64,000 nucleotides of DNA, from positions 1,586-65,585 of the forward strand of contig JAIPJA010000001.1 in assembly GCA_021734405.1 (NCBI GenBank). Direction: 5' to 3'. The position numbers and the translations under genes were made by a program. Within the stretch, counting starts at the first letter, position 1; every line of letters begins with the position of its first letter. Below, in pieces: positions 38,317 through 46,392 of this stretch. The notes below the pieces were generated by a model. It searched no databases and was not told the origin of the DNA. It saw nothing but the letters and a program-made list of their open reading frames with translations. Source of the DNA: Minisyncoccota bacterium. Lineage in GTDB: Bacteria; Patescibacteriota; Patescibacteriia; Patescibacteriales; UBA12465.

Positions 38317-39677
38317 AAACTTGTAATTTTTGGCGTTGGTTTTTTATCTATTTCAAAATACATTCTAAACATCAATGCATCTGCAATATCTGGCGACCTG
38401 CCAATATTCTCTTTTATCTTATCTTTATCCTCTAAAGTGATTTTGCTGTCCTTATCAATATTCTTCTGCTTTATCTGCTCCAACTCTTCAATAAGCAAAT
38501 GTTTTATTTGGATGTCGTGCGGTTCATCTATTCCGATTTTTCCTTCTTCGGCAAGTTGTGCCATTTTGAAATAACACTGTGTTTTTAAATTGGCATAGTT
38601 TACATGCTTTGTTTTATCTCGCTTAGCTTCATCTGGCTGAATTGCTTGTGAATTATTTATAAAGCCTATACTGCCGTCAATCTGATCAACTACGCCACCT
38701 CCCACACCGTCTTCGTCTAAAATGATATGTGATCTTCTTACTTGTTTCTTTTGGGCATATTTTATAATCCACTCGGCTGAAAGGCTCGTATTTTTTTTAA
38801 TGTCATAATCTAAAATTGTTATTTCCTTTACTTGCAATCCCTCCCAATAAACAATCACCATTTTATCTCTACCCTTTCTTGCAACATCTCCTGTAATAAA
38901 CCTCTCTCTGCTTGGCTCTGCAATATTGGTAAACAAATCACTGATAACGTCATAATCGAACAAGCACGCTGGGTCATCATCATAATTCCAATTACCAAGC
39001 AAAAGCCTTTCTCTCGTTGCCTTATCTTTAATGCTCTTTAAATTATTGATGTAATGTTTTGAAATGTACGGATTGTCAACAGCCAATGCCTGTATAAACT
39101 TTTTTTCCAATTCAAGCTTCTTCTCCTCCCATGGCTTATAAAACTCCTGATATACCCACTGCTTGCTCGGGTTACATGTTCCCAATATTTTCGGTATCAA
39201 TCCAAACTCATCTAGCTTATATCTGATTCTTGATCTAACAATGCTCCAAGCCTTAAAAGTTATCTGGTTAACCTCGTCAATAAACGCTCCTGATATTTCC
39301 AGACTTCCTAAACTGTCAAAATTGGGGTCACTCGGATATAAAAATAAATCTTTTAACAAAATTGAACTGCCATTGGTAAATGTGATTACACCCTCAATTG
39401 AGTTATACTTAAAATCCTCTTCATTTTTTATTTCCCACATTTTGCAAAGATCGAAAAATGTCTGCAATGTTGTTTCTTTCAAACTTTTCAACTTTGACCT
39501 GCCCATTAACCACCTACTCCCGGGATACTGACCGCACATAATAATCAACCATGCACACCCGAGTAAACTCTTTCCTCCACCAGCTCCTCCGCCAAACAAA
39601 ACTTCCAATGTGACTTGATCTATCAAATAGCCCCAAGCTTCATTTTGCTTTTTTGTTTGTTGCCAATTTATCTCCAT
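38313..39677 (-). CDS. Terminase large subunit
   Basis: GGGAGGGKS; FIDE; TCNP; GDVA; RSPDIADAL. Confidence 0.93.
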   Translation of the reverse strand: MEINWQQTKKQNEAWGYLIDQVTLEVLFGGGAGGGKSLLGCAWLIIMCGQYPGSRWLMGRSKLKSLKETTLQTFFDLCKMWEIKNEEDFKYNSIEGVITFTNGSSILLKDLFLYPSDPNFDSLGSLEISGAFIDEVNQITFKAWSIVRSRIRYKLDEFGLIPKILGTCNPSKQWVYQEFYKPWEEKKLELEKKFIQALAVDNPYISKHYINNLKSIKDKATRERLLLGNWNYDDDPACLFDYDVISDLFTNIAEPSRERFITGDVARKGRDKMVIVYWEGLQVKEITILDYDIKKNTSLSAEWIIKYAQKKQVRRSHIILDEDGVGGGVVDQIDGSIGFINNSQAIQPDEAKRDKTKHVNYANLKTQCYFKMAQLAEEGKIGIDEPHDIQIKHLLIEELEQIKQKNIDKDSKITLEDKDKIKENIGRSPDIADALMFRMYFEIDKKPTPKITSL

Positions 39678-40062
39678 CTTTTTTGTCTCCCACTGTTGAT
39701 ATGCTTATCTTGAACTCCCTGCCTTCCTCGTTTGACCACTCAACGCTTTCTTTGGCTTTACCTAACTGTCTGTCCAAATACTCTTTAATTGCGGTAATAT
39801 TCCCCTTGGCACCTTCTCTAAAAAGAACTGTTAAAAGTATTGCTACTCTAGCCACCTTCTTGCCGTTTACTTCCTCTTCCTCAAGTCCATGACCTGCGAT
39901 TATTTCTTTCATTTCCCTAACTTTTTCATTATCTTCTTTTGGCTTTCTACCTGCATTATTCCTTGCTCCGCCATGCTTTTTTTTGCAACTTGAATTCCGA
40001 TTTTTTTTCAAGTTTTCAAGTTTGGCTGACTTTTTTTGCTTTTTGCCCTGTGTAGTTTTCAT
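39640..40062 (-). CDS. Terminase small subunit-like protein
   Basis: HGGARNNAGRKP; AKGNITAIKEYLDRQLGK; directly upstream of terL. Confidence 0.7.
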   Translation of the reverse strand: MKTTQGKKQKKSAKLENLKKNRNSSCKKKHGGARNNAGRKPKEDNEKVREMKEIIAGHGLEEEEVNGKKVARVAILLTVLFREGAKGNITAIKEYLDRQLGKAKESVEWSNEEGREFKISISTVGDKKDGDKLATNKKAK

Positions 40063-41263
40063 ATCTTTTTATAATCACATCAACGTATTTGGGGTCTAAT
40101 TCCATTGAATAACAAACTCTATCTAACTGTTGGCAAGCCATTAATGTCGAACCTGAACCGCCAAATAAATCAATAACAATATCATTTTTTTCACTATTCT
40201 TTTTTAATGCTCTTTCAGGTAATCTCAAGGGTTTTTGCGTTGGATGCACATAATTTTGCGTAACATCTCTTTTCTCAAACCAAACATCCAGCATCTCGTT
40301 ATAATCATCAAAATCAAGATTAAACACGTCCTTTAAATTATTAATTTTCTTATTTTTATAATGTGTTTTCTTTTTCTTCCAACCAACCACACAAGGCTCA
40401 TATTGCCTGTGATAATCCTGTCCTCGGCTAAACACCATTGAATTTTTAAGCCAAATGATAATTTGACTCATATGCCAACCTGCATTCTCAAATGCAAATC
40501 TGTTTAAATGATTATTTTTATTGGCAAACCACCAATAAATTGTCACATCATCTGTAGTAAAATGATAAAGATTAAACAAAATATCAGTGTAAAAATCTAC
40601 GCAATCTTTATCGCTTTTATTATCATTAAAAATCTTGCCTCCAGTACCTCCGAATTTAGTTGAGCTATAATCCAATCCTCCGGGTGATTTATAATTTACG
40701 TTGTATGGCGGATCGGTAAAAATCATTCTCCCAAGATTGCCATCCATTAATTTCTCAACATCTTCTCTGCTTGCAGAATCACCGCACATTAATCTATGTC
40801 TACCCAGTTGATAAATATCTCCCACTTTTGCTTTTGGTTCTTTTATCTTTTCGTATTCTTTCCCTGCATCAAAATCATCTTCTTTGATTTCAATAATTAA
40901 ATCCGTATCAAATCCTGTAATTTCAATTTTTTCTTTATCAAGCAATTTCAATTCTTCAATAACCAAGTCCATATCCCAATCACTCTCATTCAATTTATTA
41001 TCCGCCAAGCGATAAGCTCTAGCCTGTTTCTCATCCAAATCAACCACTATGCAAGGTATCTCTTTTAAATTTAATATTTGAGCCGCCTCATATCTTCCAT
41101 GACCGACTATAATCATTTTTTTCTTATCCAGTACTAATGGCTGATTAAAACCAAACTCTTTAATGCTTTCCGCAATTTTATTAATTTGTTTAACAGGATG
41201 CTTTTTTGCATTCTTTTCGTATGGTTTGATTTCTTCAATTTTTATCAATTGTTCTTTTTTCAT
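40016..41263 (-). CDS. ParB-like N-terminal domain + N4/N6 DNA methyltransferase
   Basis: PYEKNAKKH...GHGR...RLADNK; DPPYN; HPTQKP; DLFGGSGST. Confidence 0.92.
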   Translation of the reverse strand: MKKEQLIKIEEIKPYEKNAKKHPVKQINKIAESIKEFGFNQPLVLDKKKMIIVGHGRYEAAQILNLKEIPCIVVDLDEKQARAYRLADNKLNESDWDMDLVIEELKLLDKEKIEITGFDTDLIIEIKEDDFDAGKEYEKIKEPKAKVGDIYQLGRHRLMCGDSASREDVEKLMDGNLGRMIFTDPPYNVNYKSPGGLDYSSTKFGGTGGKIFNDNKSDKDCVDFYTDILFNLYHFTTDDVTIYWWFANKNNHLNRFAFENAGWHMSQIIIWLKNSMVFSRGQDYHRQYEPCVVGWKKKKTHYKNKKINNLKDVFNLDFDDYNEMLDVWFEKRDVTQNYVHPTQKPLRLPERALKKNSEKNDIVIDLFGGSGSTLMACQQLDRVCYSMELDPKYVDVIIKRYENYTGQKAKKVSQT

Positions 41264-41639
41264 GTTTTGTAAATTTTATAACCAAGAGCTTATCGATGTC
41301 TTTATTATTAAATTTTCCCTCTTTGATTATTTTTCTAAATACTTTCTCAAGTTCAACTATAATAGCTTTGACTTGTGGCTTATAAGGACCAATATTTTTG
41401 CTGTCTTTACCTTTAATCCCCTGCAAATTTCTTAAATATGGATCTTGTTTTACTGTGATGTGCCTGCTTAAACTGGCAGTTTCCTGTTCTCCGTTTTTAT
41501 AAAATATCGCAATCGGCAATACTCCGATTAAGAAAAAATCTGTTGACTGGCTGACTCCCCCTTTTTTCTTCTTATATTTATTATCGAAATCAACTCTCAA
41601 ATATAAATTATTTCTAATTAGTGATTTTAAATTCTTCAT
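41235..41639 (-). CDS. Hypothetical phage protein
   Basis: 134-aa ORF coupled to its neighbours. Confidence 0.55.
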   Translation of the reverse strand: MKNLKSLIRNNLYLRVDFDNKYKKKKGGVSQSTDFFLIGVLPIAIFYKNGEQETASLSRHITVKQDPYLRNLQGIKGKDSKNIGPYKPQVKAIIVELEKVFRKIIKEGKFNNKDIDKLLVIKFTKHEKRTIDKN

Positions 41640-42343
41640 AGTCGGTCTTTGTTCGGTCTAAAAAATTTTTTATAACCTGCCTTTTTGGCAAGCCCCATTG
41701 CACATGCTCCTTTGTTTTTTGCATCCATGCTTTGTGATACATCTATTAAAATATTTATAACTGTTTGAAATCCGATCTGACCAACAACCTCTAACCAAGC
41801 TTTGACATTTCTTTGATCATTAATTTTTTCCAAATGATATTCCAACTGTCCCCTTTCAGTGTCTGATAAATTTGCCAATTTTTTGACAACGTTAACGTTC
41901 TTTTTAATATAATGATTATTAGTATTATGATTGTGTTCGTTTTGACGAACGCTAGAGGGGGTTGAGCGTTCGTTTTGACGAACGGTTGGGATTGTAAATT
42001 GGGACGGTGGGGATAAGTCGTTCGTTTTGACGAACACTTCGTCTATTTTTTCTGTTAATTCCACATAAAATTTATTGCCGTCCCTCATTGTTCTTAAAAA
42101 CCCCTCCTTTGCTATTTTTCTAATTCTTTCAGAAATCCTGCTTTTTGACTTAATGCCAAGCATCGGCATCTCTTCCATTAAATAATTAAAATTCACCCAG
42201 GTATACCCATTTTTGCGTTTTTCTTCAACCCTTTTATTACGAGATGAGCATAGATAATATAAATAATCCAAAATAGCTCCATCTATGATATCGAGCCTAG
42301 TTTGCGAAAGCACTATTTGATTGATATTTATATTATATTTCAT
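41636..42343 (-). CDS. Phage replication initiator (N-terminal wHTH, iteron-bearing linker)
   Basis: GYTWVNFNYL...SKSRISERIRKI HTH; VRQNE repeats; NHNTNN linker as in lambda O-like proteins. Confidence 0.75.
   Translation of the reverse strand: MKYNININQIVLSQTRLDIIDGAILDYLYYLCSSRNKRVEEKRKNGYTWVNFNYLMEEMPMLGIKSKSRISERIRKIAKEGFLRTMRDGNKFYVELTEKIDEVFVKTNDLSPPSQFTIPTVRQNERSTPSSVRQNEHNHNTNNHYIKKNVNVVKKLANLSDTERGQLEYHLEKINDQRNVKAWLEVVGQIGFQTVINILIDVSQSMDAKNKGACAMGLAKKAGYKKFFRPNKDRL
41935..42035. repeat. Three 16-bp iterons, putative phage origin
   Basis: GTTCGTTTTGACGAAC at 41935, 41968 and 42020, next to an AT-rich stretch at 41900-41934. Confidence 0.85.
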
Positions 42344-42367
42344 GTGACAAGCATGGATTATGAGACC

Positions 42368-42460
42368 GCTTATAGACTTATGAAACGAGAGGTAAGATCA
42401 GCAAAAACCGATCCCACGGACTGTCCCGACCTCTCGCATCACAAGGCTATAAGCCTTGTG
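42368..42460 (-). promoter_or_regulatory. Structured leader of the rep gene
   Basis: Long stem GCTTATAG..CGAGAGGT/ACCTCTCG..CTATAAGC; overlapping alternative hairpin CACAAGGCT-ATA-AGCCTTGTG. Confidence 0.6.
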
Positions 42461-42471
42461 TGTTCCATATG

Positions 42472-42678
42472 TTAAAAAAACAAAAATGATTTATATACTC
42501 TGGGCTTTCCAATGTTAAGTTTTTTCTCAATTTCAGCAATTCTCTGACTATCTCTTGCATTTTCCCTTTTTACAATCTGCCTAAATTCACCAAGCAAATA
42601 ATTCCTTGATTGAATTCTTGATTTAAGCCTTATCTTCTCAGAAATTAAATGCGGAACGCTTGGTGATTTACTTAACAT
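42472..42678 (-). CDS. Hypothetical phage protein
   Basis: 68-aa ORF in the early operon. Confidence 0.5.
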   Translation of the reverse strand: MLSKSPSVPHLISEKIRLKSRIQSRNYLLGEFRQIVKRENARDSQRIAEIEKKLNIGKPRVYKSFLFF

Positions 42679-43825
42679 CCTTGCCCTCCTTTCTAGTCTT
42701 TACTGTCTTCTTAGTTGCTGTTTTTTTCTCTTCTGCCTTATCAGGAAACTGCTCGGCAAAATAATCCTGAATAGCTATTTTTAAAGCTTCCAGACCAGCC
42801 TCAAGCTCATCAAGTCCTTTTCTTTTGATTTCCTCCCAACTATTGGTATTAAATATTTTTTCTGATATTTCTATTCTTGATTTTTTATCAGCTGCTCCTG
42901 TGCTTGGCCATGCCTTAACCAATTCGTTGGAAATTTTCTCAAGTACAATTTCTTTGTTTCTAATGTACTCCCTCTTGTCTTCTTCAGTTTTAAAAAGACC
43001 ACTTGAATCGGTTTCCTGCATTTCTCTTGCATCAGGATCTGCCAACATATCATCAATTGCCGGTTCAAAATTCTCAAAACTAGGATTGATAAATGTCATA
43101 CCATCAATTTGAGTTGATCTATCTTTAACAACCGTAGCCTGACGATAAACCTTTTTATCTTTGCCCAAAATTTCCTCAAACCTTTCCATGAGGACCAAAA
43201 TGTCTGGTTCATAAGCTGTTTCACCCTCGACTTTCATTTTGACTCCCGATTTATAAATTTCCCTTTTTCCAGTGTCAGAATTTATCTCATTTTCATACTC
43301 ATATCCTGCTCTACCGCACATAATGATATGATATGGGTCTCTAACCAATGGATCAGAAAATTCAGACTTCCACATTGGCTTCAAAACTCCCCAATCCTGA
43401 AATTGAAGATGGTTGCGGTTCATTTTACGCTTATAAGCCTCGACTGTGTCCTCCCAAACGTGGGAGATAGAATCAATAATGAAAATATCAGAGATTTGTT
43501 GTTCTCTCATAATTCTCATTGATTCTTTCAAATCAGCTAAAGTTCTAGATTCTTTAACTAGCAACTCAATCCCAGCCTCTTTGAATACACGCTTCAAAAA
43601 TTTAGCTGCTTTTTCAGTGTCGAACATAACAATCGGTTTCTTTGATTTAATCTTTTGATGAAGCCCGATTGCTACAAGTGCTGAAGTGTAAGTTTTACCT
43701 GATCCAGCGAAACCCTCAAAAGCCGCCTTAAAATAAGGCTTAGTGTTGGAAACCTCCATAAAAAAGTTCCCAAAATTACCAGTTTTCTGCTTAATAGCAG
43801 TCTTTGTCATAGTTTTAGTTTGCAT
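42668..43825 (-). CDS. AAA-family ATPase (AAA_24/Sak4-like recombination protein)
   Basis: GFAGSGKT; FDTE; IIDSISHVW; YEPD; VKDR. Confidence 0.8.
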   Translation of the reverse strand: MQTKTMTKTAIKQKTGNFGNFFMEVSNTKPYFKAAFEGFAGSGKTYTSALVAIGLHQKIKSKKPIVMFDTEKAAKFLKRVFKEAGIELLVKESRTLADLKESMRIMREQQISDIFIIDSISHVWEDTVEAYKRKMNRNHLQFQDWGVLKPMWKSEFSDPLVRDPYHIIMCGRAGYEYENEINSDTGKREIYKSGVKMKVEGETAYEPDILVLMERFEEILGKDKKVYRQATVVKDRSTQIDGMTFINPSFENFEPAIDDMLADPDAREMQETDSSGLFKTEEDKREYIRNKEIVLEKISNELVKAWPSTGAADKKSRIEISEKIFNTNSWEEIKRKGLDELEAGLEALKIAIQDYFAEQFPDKAEEKKTATKKTVKTRKEGKDVK

Positions 43826-43877
43826 ATTTTTTCCTCATTAACCCCGTGCATAAAGGTTAATATTATTGTTTATTAGA

Positions 43878-43906
43878 TTGACTAATCAGCTTTTTGCTGA
43901 TATAGT
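43878..43906 (+). promoter_or_regulatory. Rightward (antisense) sigma70 promoter
   Basis: TTGACT-17-TATAGT with extended TG; palindrome ATCAGC-N5-GCTGAT in the spacer. Confidence 0.65.
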
Positions 43907-43911
43907 TGATT

Positions 43912-44007
43912 TGAGCCTTTTAATCGGAATGCACTCTGATTAAAAGTGATTCATAACACTTAAGACATCTACCCTGCGAATTCATGGGTAGGTGTCTTAT
44001 TTTATTT
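43912..44007 (+). ncRNA. Candidate ~95-nt antisense sRNA
   Basis: Promoter, then hairpin CTTTTAATCGGA-ATGCAC-TCTGATTAAAAG, then terminator TAAGACATCTACCC...GGGTAGGTGTCTTA-TTTTATTT; no ORF on this strand. Confidence 0.55.
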
Positions 44008-44140
44008 GACCTAATCTGTGTCTGGCATTTTCCAGCATTTGCAAATCACGCCAAATATCATAAGGTTCAAGAGATCCTCCTAATGGATAATCGTCACTAC
44101 AATCAACCACTTCGGTGACCTCTTGGGGTTCTTGATCCAT
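43997..44140 (-). CDS. 47-aa acidic protein, first phage gene (missing from the ORF track)
   Basis: MDQEPQEVTEVVDCSDDYPLGGSLEPYDIWRDLQMLENARHRLGQIK; strong SD AAAGGGGGTGA. Confidence 0.65.
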   Translation of the reverse strand: MDQEPQEVTEVVDCSDDYPLGGSLEPYDIWRDLQMLENARHRLGQIK

Positions 44141-44211
44141 AAAATCACCCCCTTTCTAGTTATCCCGGACTCTGCCGGAATAAATTATTTTATTAAATTG
44201 TTAAATTAAAC

Positions 44212-44308
44212 AAAAAAATCCACAGATAAAATGACATTTATCTGTGGATTTCCACATGAATAATACAAACCAAAAAGGATTGTAATATCGATAATTACAA
44301 TCCCTTTT
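44212..44308 (-). terminator. Tandem phage-supplied terminators downstream of rpsI
   Basis: AATCCACAGATAAA/TTTATCTGTGGATT + T-tract; AAAAGGATTGTAAT/ATTACAATCCCTTTT + T-tract. Confidence 0.75.
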
Positions 44309-44373
44309 AAATATATAATGGTTTGAGTTTTTCTGCTAAGGTTACAAGACCTTTTCCATTGTGATACTGAAAC

Positions 44374-44387
44374 CTATCTCTTTGACC
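44374..44387. other. Prophage attachment junction inside the rpsI 3' end
   Basis: Core TTTGACC at 44381-44387; minus strand TGG TCA AAG AGA TAG. Confidence 0.75.
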
Positions 44388-44844
44388 ACTGTGGTCTTTT
44401 TCTAGCTTTTTTAAGTCCTGGTTTCTTTCTCTCTTTCTTTCTAGCATCTCTAGTTAGCCAACCATGAATTTTTAAAGTCTCTCTTAATTTTTCATCATTT
44501 ATGAGTAAAGCTCGGCTAACACCATGCCTAATAGCTTCGGCTTGAGCTTTAATACCTCCGCCTTTTACCAACACAGATAGGTCAAAGTCCTTAGATACTC
44601 CTAATTCTTTAAGTGGTTGCAAAGCAATATTATGATTCTCTAATTGAAAAAAATCTTTAATCTTTTTATCATTAACCAAAGTCTGACCCTTACCTTTTAA
44701 ATAAAGTCTTACTTGAGCTACAGCTGTTTTTCTTCTGCCTACAGCTCTGATATATTTGCCGGAAAACTTAATTTCTTCTTTAGTCTCTTTAACTTTAGCT
44801 TCCTTTTTTTCAGCAACTTTTTTGGTTTTAGTTTCAGTGGCCAT
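44374..44844 (-). CDS. rpsI: 30S ribosomal protein S9
   Basis: GRRKTAVAQV; GGG..AQAEAIRHG; ERKKPGLKKARKRPQWSKR. Confidence 0.98.
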   Translation of the reverse strand: MATETKTKKVAEKKEAKVKETKEEIKFSGKYIRAVGRRKTAVAQVRLYLKGKGQTLVNDKKIKDFFQLENHNIALQPLKELGVSKDFDLSVLVKGGGIKAQAEAIRHGVSRALLINDEKLRETLKIHGWLTRDARKKERKKPGLKKARKRPQWSKR

Positions 44845-44855
44845 AATAAGCTAAA

Positions 44856-45212
44856 TTATTTTATAATTAATCTTTTTAACATATTGTCTCTAAATTTTAC
44901 TGGAGGTAACATTTCTCTAACTGCTCTTTTTAAAACTTCTCCAGGGTTTTGACTATAAACGTCTTTCATTTTCTTTTCTTTTAATCCACCTGGATAACCT
45001 GAGTAACTAAAATATTTTTTTTGTTCCATTTTTTTTCCGGTAAACTTAGCTTCTGAAATATTTACAACCTCAACTATATCACCACCATCTAAATGTGGTT
45101 GAAATTCAGGCTTATTCTTCCCTCTTAAAATTAAAGCTATCTCTGAAGCTAATCTGCCAATAGCTTTATCAGTGGCATCAAATTTATGTATTTGTCTTGT
45201 TATTTCCTTCAT
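44856..45212 (-). CDS. rplM: 50S ribosomal protein L13 (short form)
   Basis: GRLASEIALILRGKNKP; YSGYPGG. Confidence 0.97.
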   Translation of the reverse strand: MKEITRQIHKFDATDKAIGRLASEIALILRGKNKPEFQPHLDGGDIVEVVNISEAKFTGKKMEQKKYFSYSGYPGGLKEKKMKDVYSQNPGEVLKRAVREMLPPVKFRDNMLKRLIIK

Positions 45213-45223
45213 AATTTTAATAT

Positions 45224-45574
45224 CTATACTAATTGAATTTGTACAGTTTTAGCTCCGTCTCCTTGACGATTGCCCAACTTAATTAAGCGAGTATAGCCAC
45301 CTTCTCTATCTTTATATCTTTCACCTAAAACTTCCATGGCTTTTTTTACTGCTAATTTTTGTGGTAAAAAACTTATTAACTCTCTCCTGGCACTAAGATC
45401 TCCTTTTTTAGATAAAGTAATTAGCTTCTCTACTAAAGGTTTAACCGCCTTAGCTTTAGCTTCAGTAGTAGTAACCTTTTCATACATCAAAACACTAGCT
45501 GCTAAATTTCTTAACATCATTTCACGAGGGGCTTTTTTTCTATCTAAAATTGTGCCTTTTTGTCTGTGTCTCAT
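45224..45574 (-). CDS. rplQ: 50S ribosomal protein L17
   Basis: MRHR; TTEAKAK; GGYTR; RQGDGA. Confidence 0.97.
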   Translation of the reverse strand: MRHRQKGTILDRKKAPREMMLRNLAASVLMYEKVTTTEAKAKAVKPLVEKLITLSKKGDLSARRELISFLPQKLAVKKAMEVLGERYKDREGGYTRLIKLGNRQGDGAKTVQIQLV

Positions 45575-45586
45575 GTTCGTAAATTA

Positions 45587-46372
45587 TTATTTTTCTTTTT
45601 TATCTTTGGTTTCTTTTTTTGAATCTTTTTTATCTTCATCTTTTTCATCCTTTTTGTCTTTAGCCACTTTTTTTTCTTTAGTGCCTTCAGCAAAAGTTAA
45701 AACTGAGAATTGCTCCACTAAAATCTGCACTGCCTTATTAAAAGCATCTTTAGGAGAAATTGTGCCATCAGTAGCAATATTTAAAATCAACTTATCCCAA
45801 TTAGTCATTTTACCTACACGAGCATTTTCCACTTTCAAGCTTACAGCTGTAATAGGAGAAAAAACAGAATCAATTTCTAAATAGCCTATATCTTTATTTT
45901 CTTTCTTATCTGAATCACTCATTTTATAGCCTAAACCTTTAGCTACAAAAATCTCCATATCTAAAGAACCTTTATCATCAGTTATAGTAGCTATTTCTAA
46001 ATCATTGTTTATAATCTCCACATCTGAATTAGCTTCTATATCTTTAGCAGTAACTTTCTTTTTGCCAGTTACATGAAGTTCTAACTTTACCTCTTCATCA
46101 GTAAATACTTTTAGTCTTAATTCTTTCAAATTTAAAAGAAGTTCTAAAACATCTTCCTTAATATGGTCTAGAGCCATAAACTCATGATTAGCTCCTTTTA
46201 TTTTAACACCGGTAACAGCCGCTCCTTCTAAAGAAGATAATAAAACTCTGCGCAAAGAATTACCTAAGGTCATACCATAGCCTATATATAAAGGTTCTAT
46301 AGTAACAATACCTGAATTAGGCTCGTCTCCTTGGCTAAATTCTATTTTATTAGGTAAAGCGACGTTGTCCAT
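45587..46372 (-). CDS. rpoA: RNA polymerase alpha subunit lacking the alpha-CTD
   Basis: EPL..GYGMTLGNSLRRVLLSS; DSVFSPI; ends in a K/D/E tail at 261 aa. Confidence 0.95.
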   Translation of the reverse strand: MDNVALPNKIEFSQGDEPNSGIVTIEPLYIGYGMTLGNSLRRVLLSSLEGAAVTGVKIKGANHEFMALDHIKEDVLELLLNLKELRLKVFTDEEVKLELHVTGKKKVTAKDIEANSDVEIINNDLEIATITDDKGSLDMEIFVAKGLGYKMSDSDKKENKDIGYLEIDSVFSPITAVSLKVENARVGKMTNWDKLILNIATDGTISPKDAFNKAVQILVEQFSVLTFAEGTKEKKVAKDKKDEKDEDKKDSKKETKDKKEK

Positions 46373-46392
46373 AAATTTAAAATTAATTTTAA

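Larger units (their letters stand above)
7660..44387 (-). mobile_element. Siphovirus-like (HK97-fold) prophage, about 36.7 kb, integrated at the 3' end of rpsI
   Basis: Integrase, Rep, terminase, portal, protease, capsid, connectors, tail tube, chaperone, tape measure and lysis genes between two 7-bp core repeats. Confidence 0.92.

Noticed and set aside
41935-42035. Possible mini-CRISPR array
   Set aside because: 16-bp repeats with 17- and 36-nt spacers inside a coding region and no cas1/cas2; iterons fit better
45336-45884. 182-aa plus-strand ORF and similar antisense ORFs in the track
   Set aside because: Antisense shadows of well-supported minus-strand genes
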